From: Klebsiella phage HMGUkp2
Sequence record: PV683292.1
Reading direction: 5' to 3' (one strand)
DNA: 64,000 bases
Under the pieces are notes generated by a model, which ran no database searches, was not told the origin of the DNA, and worked only from the letters and a program-made list of their open reading frames with translations. This document shows, piece after piece, positions 29,483 to 38,120 of this stretch. Within the stretch, counting starts at the first letter, position 1, and every line of letters begins with the position of its first letter. Position numbers and translations under genes: made by a program.

Positions 29483-29710
29483 TTAGAAGTTTTCTTCTTC
29501 CTCGTCAGAATCTATTGATTCCAGTTCTGCGCGTTTACCGGCCAAAGCATCGCGAATAGTGATATCATCAGAATCTTTCAAATCAGCTTCTTTTACACGC
29601 TTTTTGTAATATTTTTCCAGCTCATTAAGGCCATCAAGGGTCTGGCAAGAGTTTACTTTAGACATAAAATCTTCAATGGCGGCTTCGTATAAAAATTGTT
29701 TAAAGTCCAT
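29483..29710 (-). CDS. uvsW.1: UvsW.1 (C-terminal helicase-associated small protein)
   Basis: 75 aa; immediately downstream of uvsW as in T4. Confidence 0.7.
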   Translation of the reverse strand: MDFKQFLYEAAIEDFMSKVNSCQTLDGLNELEKYYKKRVKEADLKDSDDITIRDALAGKRAELESIDSDEEEENF

Positions 29711-29719
29711 AGCGGTTCC

Positions 29720-31219
29720 TTAGAGTTCGACAAGTTTCATGACGTAATCGAATTTCTCATCAGCATAACGCTGGATACGTTCTAAGCCATGTTTGAGCAA
29801 ATAGTTAATGTGAGTGTAAGTCTTTTTGGCATTAGCAGATTTAGGTTTAACACCACAGTCATCGATGATGTCCCAAACAGTTGCTACATCTTTAGAGCCA
29901 TGCTTACGAAGTACTCGACCTATAGTCTGAAGTACAATAATCTTTGATTTAACACCGTGCGCTAAAATAACATGGTGTAGATTCTTAATACTGATTCCGG
30001 TAGAGAATACGCCGTACGATGCGACAACAATAATTCCAGCTTCGTTTTCTGCCATCTTTTTAAGAGCAGTACGAGTATCTGTATCAATTTCACCGGATAC
30101 ATAGAATACTTTGTCGTGACCCAGGTCTTTAATCATCTGGAATAATTCTTTGCCGTGGCTGATGTTCTTGAACATCACGAAGGCGTTTTGGTTTTTATTA
30201 GCTAATTTAACGGCTAGATTTGCAATCCATTTATTACGGCGTTTAACTGAAGTGATATATTTAATCTCTTCTTGGTAAGTTTTACCTTTCAAAGCAACAG
30301 TAACGTTATCTGGATACCGAAGTCTGATAGCGTTAATTTTAAGCTCAGTAACAGCGCCTTCTTCCATCAACTGCGAAGTTGATACTGGTTTAAAGATATC
30401 ACCAAACAGACCTTGATACTGCATCAAATTAGCTTTGCCGTCTTTCAAAGAACCGGAAAGTCCGAATTTGAACATGCAGTTATTTAACCCGGCAATAATG
30501 GTAGAGATAGATTTACCTGTCGCAAGATGACATTCATCGTTCATCATAAGACCGAACTGGCTAAACCATTCTTTAGGCTGTTTAATAGCAGTCTGCCAAG
30601 TACTAACATAAACAACTGCAGAAGAATCTTTCTTAGTACCGCTTCTGATACCAAGCATATTGTCTCTTTTGAACAAACGATAATCACAGAAGTCGTCTAT
30701 CATTTGATCAACAAGGGCGGTAGTAGGAACAATTATCAGAATTTTACCTTCATAGTTCTCTACGTAATAACGACTCAGGAGCGCCTGGATCAATGATTTA
30801 CCTGCCGATGTAGGTAAATTCAGCAGAGCACGTCTTTCTTTAAGACCCTTAAACACGGCTTCTTTCTGGTACCAATGAGGTGTAATCTTAGTCAATCCAG
30901 AATAGATTTCTTTAGAATCGAGCCATTTATCAAAAGATTCTTGAGTGATTTCTTCTTTTTCAAAAATCACAGGGTCTGCATGGATTTTATAACCCATGTT
31001 GTTGGCGAATTTCTGTACCTGGTTCACCAGACCGAATGGAAGTAATCTGTCGTAACCTAATAGACGAATACGCCCGTCCCATTGACCATAACGAAATTTT
31101 GGATTAAACTTATAGCCTTCGGCTTCGAAGGAGAAAAAGTCTCTTAGTTCGTAGAAGATGCCTTCATCGCATTCAACCAGAACGTGACTAAAATCATGAA
31201 ATTTTAATTTGATGTCCAC
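29720..31219 (-). CDS. uvsW: RNA-DNA/DNA-DNA helicase UvsW (SF2)
   Basis: 499 aa; very high similarity to T4 UvsW incl. Walker A LPTSAGKS, DECH box, HGVKSKIIVLQTIGRVLRKHGSK. Confidence 0.95.
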   Translation of the reverse strand: MDIKLKFHDFSHVLVECDEGIFYELRDFFSFEAEGYKFNPKFRYGQWDGRIRLLGYDRLLPFGLVNQVQKFANNMGYKIHADPVIFEKEEITQESFDKWLDSKEIYSGLTKITPHWYQKEAVFKGLKERRALLNLPTSAGKSLIQALLSRYYVENYEGKILIIVPTTALVDQMIDDFCDYRLFKRDNMLGIRSGTKKDSSAVVYVSTWQTAIKQPKEWFSQFGLMMNDECHLATGKSISTIIAGLNNCMFKFGLSGSLKDGKANLMQYQGLFGDIFKPVSTSQLMEEGAVTELKINAIRLRYPDNVTVALKGKTYQEEIKYITSVKRRNKWIANLAVKLANKNQNAFVMFKNISHGKELFQMIKDLGHDKVFYVSGEIDTDTRTALKKMAENEAGIIVVASYGVFSTGISIKNLHHVILAHGVKSKIIVLQTIGRVLRKHGSKDVATVWDIIDDCGVKPKSANAKKTYTHINYLLKHGLERIQRYADEKFDYVMKLVEL

Positions 31220-31235
31220 AGCGTATAGCCTCAGT

Positions 31236-31257
31236 TATAAATACATACATATTTATA
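31236..31257. promoter_or_regulatory. back-to-back late promoters: TATAAATA (+, 31236-31243) for inh/hoc and TATAAATA (-, 31250-31257) for uvsW
   Basis: exact motifs 33 nt and 30 nt upstream of start codons. Confidence 0.6.
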
Positions 31258-31276
31258 CACTAGAAAGAGAGACACT

Positions 31277-31996
31277 ATGGACAAGCAATATATAGATGAC
31301 CTTCGCGGTCTTGAAAATAAAAAAGAAGCTAAAGCCAAACTTATTGAATATGCTGAAGGATTTAATATCCGACTGAAAAAGAGTAAAGGCTTTGAAAACC
31401 TAGTCTTAGACATCGAAGCAGCTTTTAAAAAGATGGCAGAAGAGCCTATGCCGGAAGATAACGAAGGTCTGAGTATTAGCGATCTTATTGCTGCTGATGA
31501 CGAACTTGAAGGCAGGAATGATTTTGTAATCAGTGATGAAGAAGCTAAGCCTGAAGCTAAACTGCTATTTGATTCTCCAGAAATTCCTGTATCTATTCAC
31601 GAAATCAAAGAAACCGTTCAAGATCAATCAGTTATTGAAGAAAAAGCTATTCATATTGAGGCGCCTATAGGTGAATTCTCCGAACCCAAGGCTAAGCTTT
31701 CTGAAAATACCTTTGAAGAAGCTGTATCTAAAATTATCGCTGATGAAACTACTTTTGAACTACCGGAAAACTTTAGCCCTCATTTTATTCTGATGGGACG
31801 TAATCCAGGGTACGTGACATTACCGTGGTGGATTTACAAGTGGATTAAAGATACCCCTGATTGGAAATCTAGACCTACCAGTTTCCCACATCCTAGTGCA
31901 CACCAGACACTGTTTAGTTTAATTTATTACATCAAAAGAAACGGATCTATTATGATTCGTGAAACCCGTAATTCTTCGTTTGTAACTTTAAAATAA
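31277..31996 (+). CDS. Inh-like protein (inhibitor of prohead protease) by position
   Basis: 239 aa (T4 Inh 226 aa); between uvsW and hoc as in T4; late promoter 31236-31243. Confidence 0.4.
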   Translation: MDKQYIDDLRGLENKKEAKAKLIEYAEGFNIRLKKSKGFENLVLDIEAAFKKMAEEPMPEDNEGLSISDLIAADDELEGRNDFVISDEEAKPEAKLLFDSPEIPVSIHEIKETVQDQSVIEEKAIHIEAPIGEFSEPKAKLSENTFEEAVSKIIADETTFELPENFSPHFILMGRNPGYVTLPWWIYKWIKDTPDWKSRPTSFPHPSAHQTLFSLIYYIKRNGSIMIRETRNSSFVTLK

Positions 31997-32005
31997 GGAC
32001 CGACT

Positions 32006-33139
32006 ATGGCTTATAGCGTATCTATTGCTCCTTTGGCTGCCTCAGCAGTCATTGGGGCTACAACTAATTTTACTGCAACCACGTCTGGTGCTGCGGTCGA
32101 AGGCACAGAAACATTTGAGTGGACTGTAAATGGCGTAAAGCAATCTTCTGTTACTGCAGCTATGAATTATGTTGCTGCAGGACCTGCAGGTAGTAAGACT
32201 GTTAAAGTAGTTGCTACCGTCACTCCAGCTGAAGGCGATCCTGAAACGGCCGAAGCAGAAACTACTCTGACGGTTAAGAACAAAACCATGCCTGCTATTA
32301 CTTTAACTTTGAGCCCAACTTCAGTTTCTAAAGAAATTGGCCAATCTCAAGTAGTTACAGCGGATGTTAGCGGGGCACCGGCGGGAGCAAGCATTGCTTA
32401 CGTGTGGAAACGTGGTACTACTGTTATTGCAGGCCAAACAGGTAAAACAATTACCTTAACTGAATCAGCGGAAACTAGCTATACACTTAATTGTGAAGTA
32501 ACGGTTTCTGCGCCAGATTATAATAATGGAACTGCAACTAAAGGTATCACTGTTGCTTTTACTAAAAAGACCATGAGCGGTGTTTCTGTTACTTTGACTC
32601 CTGAGTCTATTACGACCGAACAAGGGTCTGAAGCATCTTTTAAAGCCAATGTTATCGGCGCACCTTCAGGCGCATCTGTAGCTTATTCATGGACTAAAGA
32701 CGGTTCTCCTATTGAAGGATCAACAAGTACTCTAGAAATTGATACATCTACCATAGGGCCACAAGTAATCGGGGTTTCGGCTGTTGTTTCTGCTCCAGAT
32801 TATAAACCAGCTACAGTTACTAAAACCGGTAATGTAACTATTACTAAAAGGGTAGCCCCTACTCCTGACGGAGAACTTCCATACGTTCATCCGCTCCCGT
32901 TCAGAGGTTCAGCTTATATCTGGTGCGGATGGTGGGTAATGGATGAAATCCAACAAATGACTCTTGAAGGCAAAGATTGGAAACTGGATGATCCTGACAG
33001 CGATTATTACTTGCATCGGTATACCCTGGCTAAAATGCTAGAAGAGTACCCTGAAGTCGATGTCCAAGAATCTAGAAATGGCCGTGTTGTTCACCGGTCC
33101 GCTCTTGATGTTGGAATAATCTACGACTATATCTACTAA
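32006..33139 (+). CDS. hoc: highly immunogenic outer capsid protein Hoc (tandem Ig-like domains)
   Basis: 377 aa (T4 Hoc 376 aa); three internal ~95-aa repeats with Ig-like pattern (TLT..S..V....Q....A.V.GAP.GAS.AY.W......I.G.T...); synteny. Confidence 0.8.
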   Translation: MAYSVSIAPLAASAVIGATTNFTATTSGAAVEGTETFEWTVNGVKQSSVTAAMNYVAAGPAGSKTVKVVATVTPAEGDPETAEAETTLTVKNKTMPAITLTLSPTSVSKEIGQSQVVTADVSGAPAGASIAYVWKRGTTVIAGQTGKTITLTESAETSYTLNCEVTVSAPDYNNGTATKGITVAFTKKTMSGVSVTLTPESITTEQGSEASFKANVIGAPSGASVAYSWTKDGSPIEGSTSTLEIDTSTIGPQVIGVSAVVSAPDYKPATVTKTGNVTITKRVAPTPDGELPYVHPLPFRGSAYIWCGWWVMDEIQQMTLEGKDWKLDDPDSDYYLHRYTLAKMLEEYPEVDVQESRNGRVVHRSALDVGIIYDYIY

Positions 33140-33142
33140 TAG

Positions 33143-33200
33143 TGGGGCTTCGGCCCCACACGGGCATCTAAAGGCTCCGGAGTTAGCTTTAAAACTTTTA
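33143..33200 (+). terminator. hairpin GUGGGGCUUCGGCCCCAC followed by second palindrome CTCCGGAG and U-rich run, after hoc
   Basis: seen in sequence. Confidence 0.55.
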
Positions 33201-33226
33201 TGATTTAATAACCCCAACATCACTAA

Positions 33227-33457
33227 GTGGAGCTAACCATGCAAGCATTAAAGATTCATATGATGCATGAAACTGGTACTAGTTTTATTGACATCGCTAA
33301 ACAGTTTGGTATCAGTGCTAAAGAAGCTATGCAGGAATGGATAAAAGTCGAAAAAGCTAGAGAGCGAGCCAAAGCCCGTGAGCGTGTGGTTTATCGTAAA
33401 CGGCTTATTACAGACCATACTAAATTAGTTGAAAAAATGAGGTGTTATAATGCATGA
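33227..33457 (+). CDS. small putative HTH DNA-binding protein
   Basis: 76 aa; segment SFIDIAKQFGISAKEAMQEW resembles a helix-turn-helix. Confidence 0.4.
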   Translation: MELTMQALKIHMMHETGTSFIDIAKQFGISAKEAMQEWIKVEKARERAKARERVVYRKRLITDHTKLVEKMRCYNA

Positions 33458-33812
33458 TTCTGTATTTCAATCAGATGTAAAATCTCGGCGTATTCAAGGA
33501 TGGGACGAATCAGGGCAACCTATTGGCGGCCTGAAGGCACTCGTTAACGAGCCACGTGTTTCTACATTAGTAGAACACTATGGTGCCCTGGCGGACTCTG
33601 TCGCTACGACCGAATTGAAAAAAGCCAAAGACGAAGTTGAACTGGAATTTAAAACTCATGCTCTGAAAGGCAAACGCCAGTTTAATTGGTATCCATCCTC
33701 GTTGGCAAAGAAATATAAAGACCAGCTGATTAAATGGATGCAAGACGACGGCGTGGTAGTTAATTGGAAGCATGATCAACGAGATGGTGACTGGGTAGAA
33801 ATTACATTCTAA
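33450..33812 (+). CDS. hypothetical protein (24.2/24.3-position)
   Basis: 120-aa ORF overlapping upstream gene. Confidence 0.4.
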   Translation: MHDSVFQSDVKSRRIQGWDESGQPIGGLKALVNEPRVSTLVEHYGALADSVATTELKKAKDEVELEFKTHALKGKRQFNWYPSSLAKKYKDQLIKWMQDDGVVVNWKHDQRDGDWVEITF

Positions 33813-33926
33813 TATGCTTTAAAAATTTTTGTGATATATTCGGTATAATGGGTTTAAGCTAAGAGTACTGGCGGTAGAAGTCTTTACTCTTTTAATTATG
33901 TTTGTTCTGATATTTAAAGGTGAAAT

Positions 33927-34925
33927 GTGTTTGAGAAATATTCTAGTCTTGAGAATCACTACAATAATAAATTTATTGAAAAGATTCGACACCACGGTTA
34001 TGATGTAACTGAAGGCTGGTGTGCACGTGAAAAGATTCATGGTACCAACTTTTCTATTATCATTGAACGTGACGCAGTCACATGCGCGAAGCGCACAGGC
34101 CCTATCCTTCCAGCTGAAGATTTCTTTGGGTACACGGTTATTCTGAAGAAATACAATGACTCTATTAAAGCCGTACAAAATACAATTAAAGAAGGCTGCA
34201 GCATGCAGATCTTCGGCGAATTCGCTGGCACTGGTATCCAGAAAGGTGTTGATTACGGCGAGAAAGACTTCTATGTCTTTGATATCTTGGTTAAAACTGA
34301 TAAAGGTACTAACCAGTTCGTAGATGACTTTACGATGGAACAGATGTGTTGCACCTTTGGTTTTAAGGTTGCACCTCTGATGGGCCGTGGTTCATTTGAT
34401 GAACTAATTAAACTGCCTAATGAGTTCCAGATTAACGTTAAACGTTACAACGAAGCCGCGGCTGAAGATCTCAGAAATGCTAATACCCGAGTCTGGTCGG
34501 CCGAAGAAGCCACAGATAACACGGCAGAAGGTTATGTACTGAAACCTAACTATCCACGGTTCCTGGCTAACGGCAGTCGTGTGGCTATCAAGTGTAAGAA
34601 CTCTAAGTTCAGCGAAAAAGCTAAATCTGATAAGCCTATTAAGCCTAAAGCTGTTCTGGGTGAAATTGACAAAGAGGTTCTGCAGAAATTCTCTGAATAC
34701 GTTACTATTCAGCGTGTAAATAACGTTATTAGTAAGATCGGTAAGGTTGGTCCTAAAGACTTTGGAAAGGTTATGGGCTTGACAGTTCAAGATATCCTTA
34801 TTGAAGCTGAACGAGAAGGGCTCGAGGTAATTCAAGCAGAACAACCTGATATCGTGAAGAAAGAAATTACTAAGCTGGTACAAGACGTGCTTCGCCCAGC
34901 TTGGATTGAATTGGTAAGTAATTAA
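33927..34925 (+). CDS. rnlB: RNA ligase 2
   Basis: 332 aa; very high similarity to T4 Rnl2 ([17 protein letters not shown]..., [52 protein letters not shown]); GTG inferred as start (codon after GTG matches T4 MFKKYSS). Confidence 0.9.
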   Translation: MFEKYSSLENHYNNKFIEKIRHHGYDVTEGWCAREKIHGTNFSIIIERDAVTCAKRTGPILPAEDFFGYTVILKKYNDSIKAVQNTIKEGCSMQIFGEFAGTGIQKGVDYGEKDFYVFDILVKTDKGTNQFVDDFTMEQMCCTFGFKVAPLMGRGSFDELIKLPNEFQINVKRYNEAAAEDLRNANTRVWSAEEATDNTAEGYVLKPNYPRFLANGSRVAIKCKNSKFSEKAKSDKPIKPKAVLGEIDKEVLQKFSEYVTIQRVNNVISKIGKVGPKDFGKVMGLTVQDILIEAEREGLEVIQAEQPDIVKKEITKLVQDVLRPAWIELVSN

Positions 34926-35469
34926 TGAGAGTGGCGCTTATTGGTTCTCGAAAGGCGCCCCGCAAAGTTCTTGATTTGATGATATCTATAGGTGAAAACT
35001 TTTCAAATAAAGGGTATTTAGCTTATAGTGGCGGAGCTCCTGGTTCAGATGAAGCCTGGCTGGCAAAATACGATAGGTCTAAATCTTTAAGAATAATACC
35101 TTACAACGGGTTCTGCGGGCACTTTGTAGGCCCAGGGGTTGTAAGTTTTGAAAACTTACCAGCAGACGTTCAAACTGCTAGTTATAGAATAGCTCAATCA
35201 GTTACCTCGTACTGGGAAAACTGTTCAGATATAGTTAGAAAGTTGTTTGCTCGTAACGCGTGTCAAGTTCTTGGATTAACCTGTCAAAACCCTGTGGATT
35301 TAGTTTTATACTGGGCCCGGTTAGAAACGGTAGAGTTAAAGGCGGGACTAGAGTTGCAGTTGATATAGCTAAAAAGTATGGTATCAAATGTATTAATCTG
35401 AACAATTCAGAAGTATTTAAAAAATTCGAAGATAAGTATAGGCCGAAGTTTGATATTTTCAGTTTATAA
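34925..35469 (+). pseudogene. DprA/Smf-like Rossmann-fold (SLOG-type) protein gene split by a -1 frameshift near 35305-35315 (34925-35368 frame 2; 35260-35469 frame 1)
   Basis: Two overlapping ORFs in adjacent frames together reconstruct a DprA-like domain (ALIGSRKAP...YSGGAPGSDEAWL ... FARNACQVLGLT...VDLVLYW | PVRNGRVKGGTRVAVDIAKKYGIKCINL); shift occurs at homopolymeric tgggcccgg. Confidence 0.55.
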
Positions 35470-35490
35470 GGGAGCCATAAGGCCCCATTT

Positions 35491-36759
35491 TTATTTCTCG
35501 AGCGGTGGTAACTTAACGCCGAGGTAAGAACTTAATAGACTCTGACCAGCCATCTTATCCATATCAGAACCATCGATGATTCGAGCTTCTTTTTCATCTT
35601 TAGCAACAGTGTAAGGATTAGCAGACAAAGCATAACGTGCGAGTAAAGAAATAGTAGGCTGTAAAGAATCAGGGTCGACAACTATCTTGAATTCGCCCAT
35701 TTGATCTACATCATCTTCTACATCCATACCTTCAGTATACGGCGCGTAATATAATGATGCCACCGTCTGGCCTTCACCCATATCTGCATTAACACCAACA
35801 ATCACATATTCTGCCGGCGTATTCATATCCGCATAAAGAGGCAGACCATTCTTCAGATAGCCGTAGGCTAACTCATCACCGTCATCTCGTTTTTCAACCC
35901 AGCCAGAAGCAGCTAAAATAGCCGCACAGCGAGAACTAGCCACAGCATATGTCCCGGCGAACGAAGTATTGCGTTGGACGGCAGAATTCATCTCACACAT
36001 ATAGTAATACAACGTACGTGCACGATCCTGGGCATTATCATATTTAGGGTCCGTAAGGTCTAAAACCCCTTTAGACGACACACCGCGAACTTTAAACCTA
36101 CTAGAAACTGTAACCAACGATTGAAGAATGTCTTTGTTTACTTCTTCAGCCATCTGGATACCTAGCATATCGTCTAAGAAATCAGGGGCATCGAATCCAT
36201 TAGCTTCTAGGTCTTGGGCTAATTCAACAGTAACAGAAGTTTTAAGTTTACGGGATTTAACTGTAGTTTGCCATTTATCGACACGGAACCCGGCTTCAGC
36301 TATTTCAGGGTGCCCGGCCTCAAACTGAGCAGTAGGGGCAGCGTCAGAAACCATGCGGATAGTTCCAGCCGCAATAGCTTCAGAAATAAGCTCATCATGG
36401 CTGGTTTCAGTAGATCCAGCAAAAGGATTATCTTCAAGGGCTTTAAAGACAACAGAGTTATGCTTGAACAGGTCACCTTTATTATATGGGGCTTGGCCGA
36501 CGAATTCCGGTGTATTGGCCCTGGATTCAGGACCCATAAGTCCGCCAAATGTAGCGCCGCCTACATAAGTCATATTATCTTCAGGGTTCAGAACTCTGAT
36601 ACCATATAAAGCGGCAACCGGCTGACGAGTGCGCTGTTCTGCCACAAGGGCCTTAAAGATTCTTTTATTAGTTGCTTTGGTGTATGAAAGTAAATCAGGC
36701 CTCCCGGCCTGATTAGAAGAGGTTAAAGTACTTTCTTGGATTAATCGATCTATTTTCAT
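35491..36759 (-). CDS. second, divergent paralog of head vertex protein gp24
   Basis: 422 aa; shares TQPVAALYG, VELAQDLEANGFDA, FKVVVDPDSLQPTISL..RYALSANPYTVAKDEKEAR.ID blocks with gp24 at 36759-38030 but is clearly diverged; start overlaps upstream gp24 stop (TAATG). Confidence 0.8.
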   Translation of the reverse strand: MKIDRLIQESTLTSSNQAGRPDLLSYTKATNKRIFKALVAEQRTRQPVAALYGIRVLNPEDNMTYVGGATFGGLMGPESRANTPEFVGQAPYNKGDLFKHNSVVFKALEDNPFAGSTETSHDELISEAIAAGTIRMVSDAAPTAQFEAGHPEIAEAGFRVDKWQTTVKSRKLKTSVTVELAQDLEANGFDAPDFLDDMLGIQMAEEVNKDILQSLVTVSSRFKVRGVSSKGVLDLTDPKYDNAQDRARTLYYYMCEMNSAVQRNTSFAGTYAVASSRCAAILAASGWVEKRDDGDELAYGYLKNGLPLYADMNTPAEYVIVGVNADMGEGQTVASLYYAPYTEGMDVEDDVDQMGEFKIVVDPDSLQPTISLLARYALSANPYTVAKDEKEARIIDGSDMDKMAGQSLLSSYLGVKLPPLEK

Positions 36760-38030
36760 TATGGCTCACTTAAAATAGCAGGGAGTTTAACACCCAGAAG
36801 GACAGACATGTCGCTTTGACCCGCCATCTTATCCATATTGGTTGCATCAATATCTCGAGCTTCTTTTTCATCTTTAGCAACGGTATATGGGTTAGCAGAC
36901 AACGCGTACCGAACCATCAACGAAATAGTAGGCTGTAAAGAATCCGGGTCGACAACTACCTTAAAGGCGCCGACATGTTCATCATTATCAAGATCAAGGC
37001 CTTCAGTATAAGGTGCATAGAACAAAGATCCGATAACTTCACTGCCGCCGAAGGATTCTTTAACACCTACAGTGACATAATCTAATGGGCTATTAACATC
37101 AACAAATACCGGAAGACCATTAGCCAGGAACCCGTACGCAGATTCTGCAAGGTATTCATCATCTTCAGGGCGGTGTTTCAGCCATCCAGACCCAGCCAGA
37201 ACAGCAGCAGCACGAGCACTAGCAACGACAAAGGTCCCAGAATAAGAAGTTTTACTTTGAATATGGCTGTTCATTTCGCAAACTAATTGGTAAAGTTTAC
37301 GGGCCGCTTCAGGGGCGCTTGAATAAGATAAATCGACAGATCCGTCGTCAGAAACGCCTGCAACTTTATAACGTTTAGAAACTGTAATCAAGGATTGAAG
37401 AACGTCCTTATTGATTTCATCGGCCATTGTTGTTGCAAGAAGATCTTCAAGAAACATATTAGCATCAAAGCCGTTAGCTTCTAGATCCTGGGCCAGTTCA
37501 ACCGTCAGAGAAGTTTTCAGCTTACGGGTTTTAACTCGAGCGTTCCATTTGTTAACAGTGAAATTAGCAGAACTAATTTCTACATTATTAGATTCAAATT
37601 TAGCCGTTTCAGCGGCCTCAGAATAAAAACGAAGCTTTAAAGTGATAAGGGCTTCAGACAGCGCCTCGTCAATCGTAGCGCCGTTTAGAGCACCCGATTC
37701 TAAGGCCTTATAAACCACATTGTTATACTTATAAAGTGTCCCTGCCGTCACAGAGTGTGTTGCAGAAGTAATTTCTTCTATACTATCCCGGTCAGATGCA
37801 GAAGCAGCACCGCCGTAAGTAGCACCTGTTTTAAAAGAGAGTTCATCGTCTGGGGTTTCGTATTTAACACCATACAGAGCAGCAACAGGCTGAGTAGTAC
37901 GTTGTTCGGCGACGATGTCAGTGTAAACCAATTTAGTAGTAGCGCGGGTCAATGCAACGAGATTCGGGCGACCATATTGGATGCTATTCGTTACAGTTGA
38001 TTCGCGCAGAAGTTCGTTAATTTTAGCCAT
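36759..38030 (-). CDS. 24: head vertex protein
   Basis: 423 aa; N-terminus MAKINELLRESTVTNS..GRPNLVALTRATTKL.Y.DIVA.QRT.QPVAA.YG near-identical to T4 gp24; late promoter 38058-38065. Confidence 0.9.
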   Translation of the reverse strand: MAKINELLRESTVTNSIQYGRPNLVALTRATTKLVYTDIVAEQRTTQPVAALYGVKYETPDDELSFKTGATYGGAASASDRDSIEEITSATHSVTAGTLYKYNNVVYKALESGALNGATIDEALSEALITLKLRFYSEAAETAKFESNNVEISSANFTVNKWNARVKTRKLKTSLTVELAQDLEANGFDANMFLEDLLATTMADEINKDVLQSLITVSKRYKVAGVSDDGSVDLSYSSAPEAARKLYQLVCEMNSHIQSKTSYSGTFVVASARAAAVLAGSGWLKHRPEDDEYLAESAYGFLANGLPVFVDVNSPLDYVTVGVKESFGGSEVIGSLFYAPYTEGLDLDNDEHVGAFKVVVDPDSLQPTISLMVRYALSANPYTVAKDEKEARDIDATNMDKMAGQSDMSVLLGVKLPAILSEP

Positions 38031-38057
38031 TGCGCTTTCCTCGGGTTGATATAATTC

Positions 38058-38065
38058 TATTTATA
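38058..38065 (-). promoter_or_regulatory. late promoter TATAAATA for gene 24
   Basis: 27 nt upstream of gp24 ATG; immediately downstream of gp23 terminator. Confidence 0.65.
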
Positions 38066-38078
38066 AAGGTCTACAAAC

Positions 38079-38104
38079 AAAAATGGGAGAGCGAAAGCTC
38101 TCCC
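38079..38104 (-). terminator. terminator after gene 23: GGGAGAGC-UUUC-GCUCUCCC + AUUUUUGUUUGU (read on - strand)
   Basis: 8-bp stem + U-run; immediately followed by gene 24 late promoter. Confidence 0.8.
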
Positions 38105-38120
38105 ATAAAGGTTTTTAAAA

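Noticed and set aside
31231-31413. 60-aa ORF on - strand
   Set aside because: Overlaps the uvsW/inh promoter region and the inh start; no RBS; spurious.
33819-34178. 119-aa ORF on - strand
   Set aside because: Antisense across the rnlB start and upstream promoter region; spurious.
35300-35320. Programmed -1 ribosomal frameshift site in the DprA-like gene
   Set aside because: GGGCCCG is out of phase for the X XXY YYZ rule and is not a known efficient slippery heptamer. No obvious downstream pseudoknot. A homopolymer indel or pseudogene is more parsimonious.
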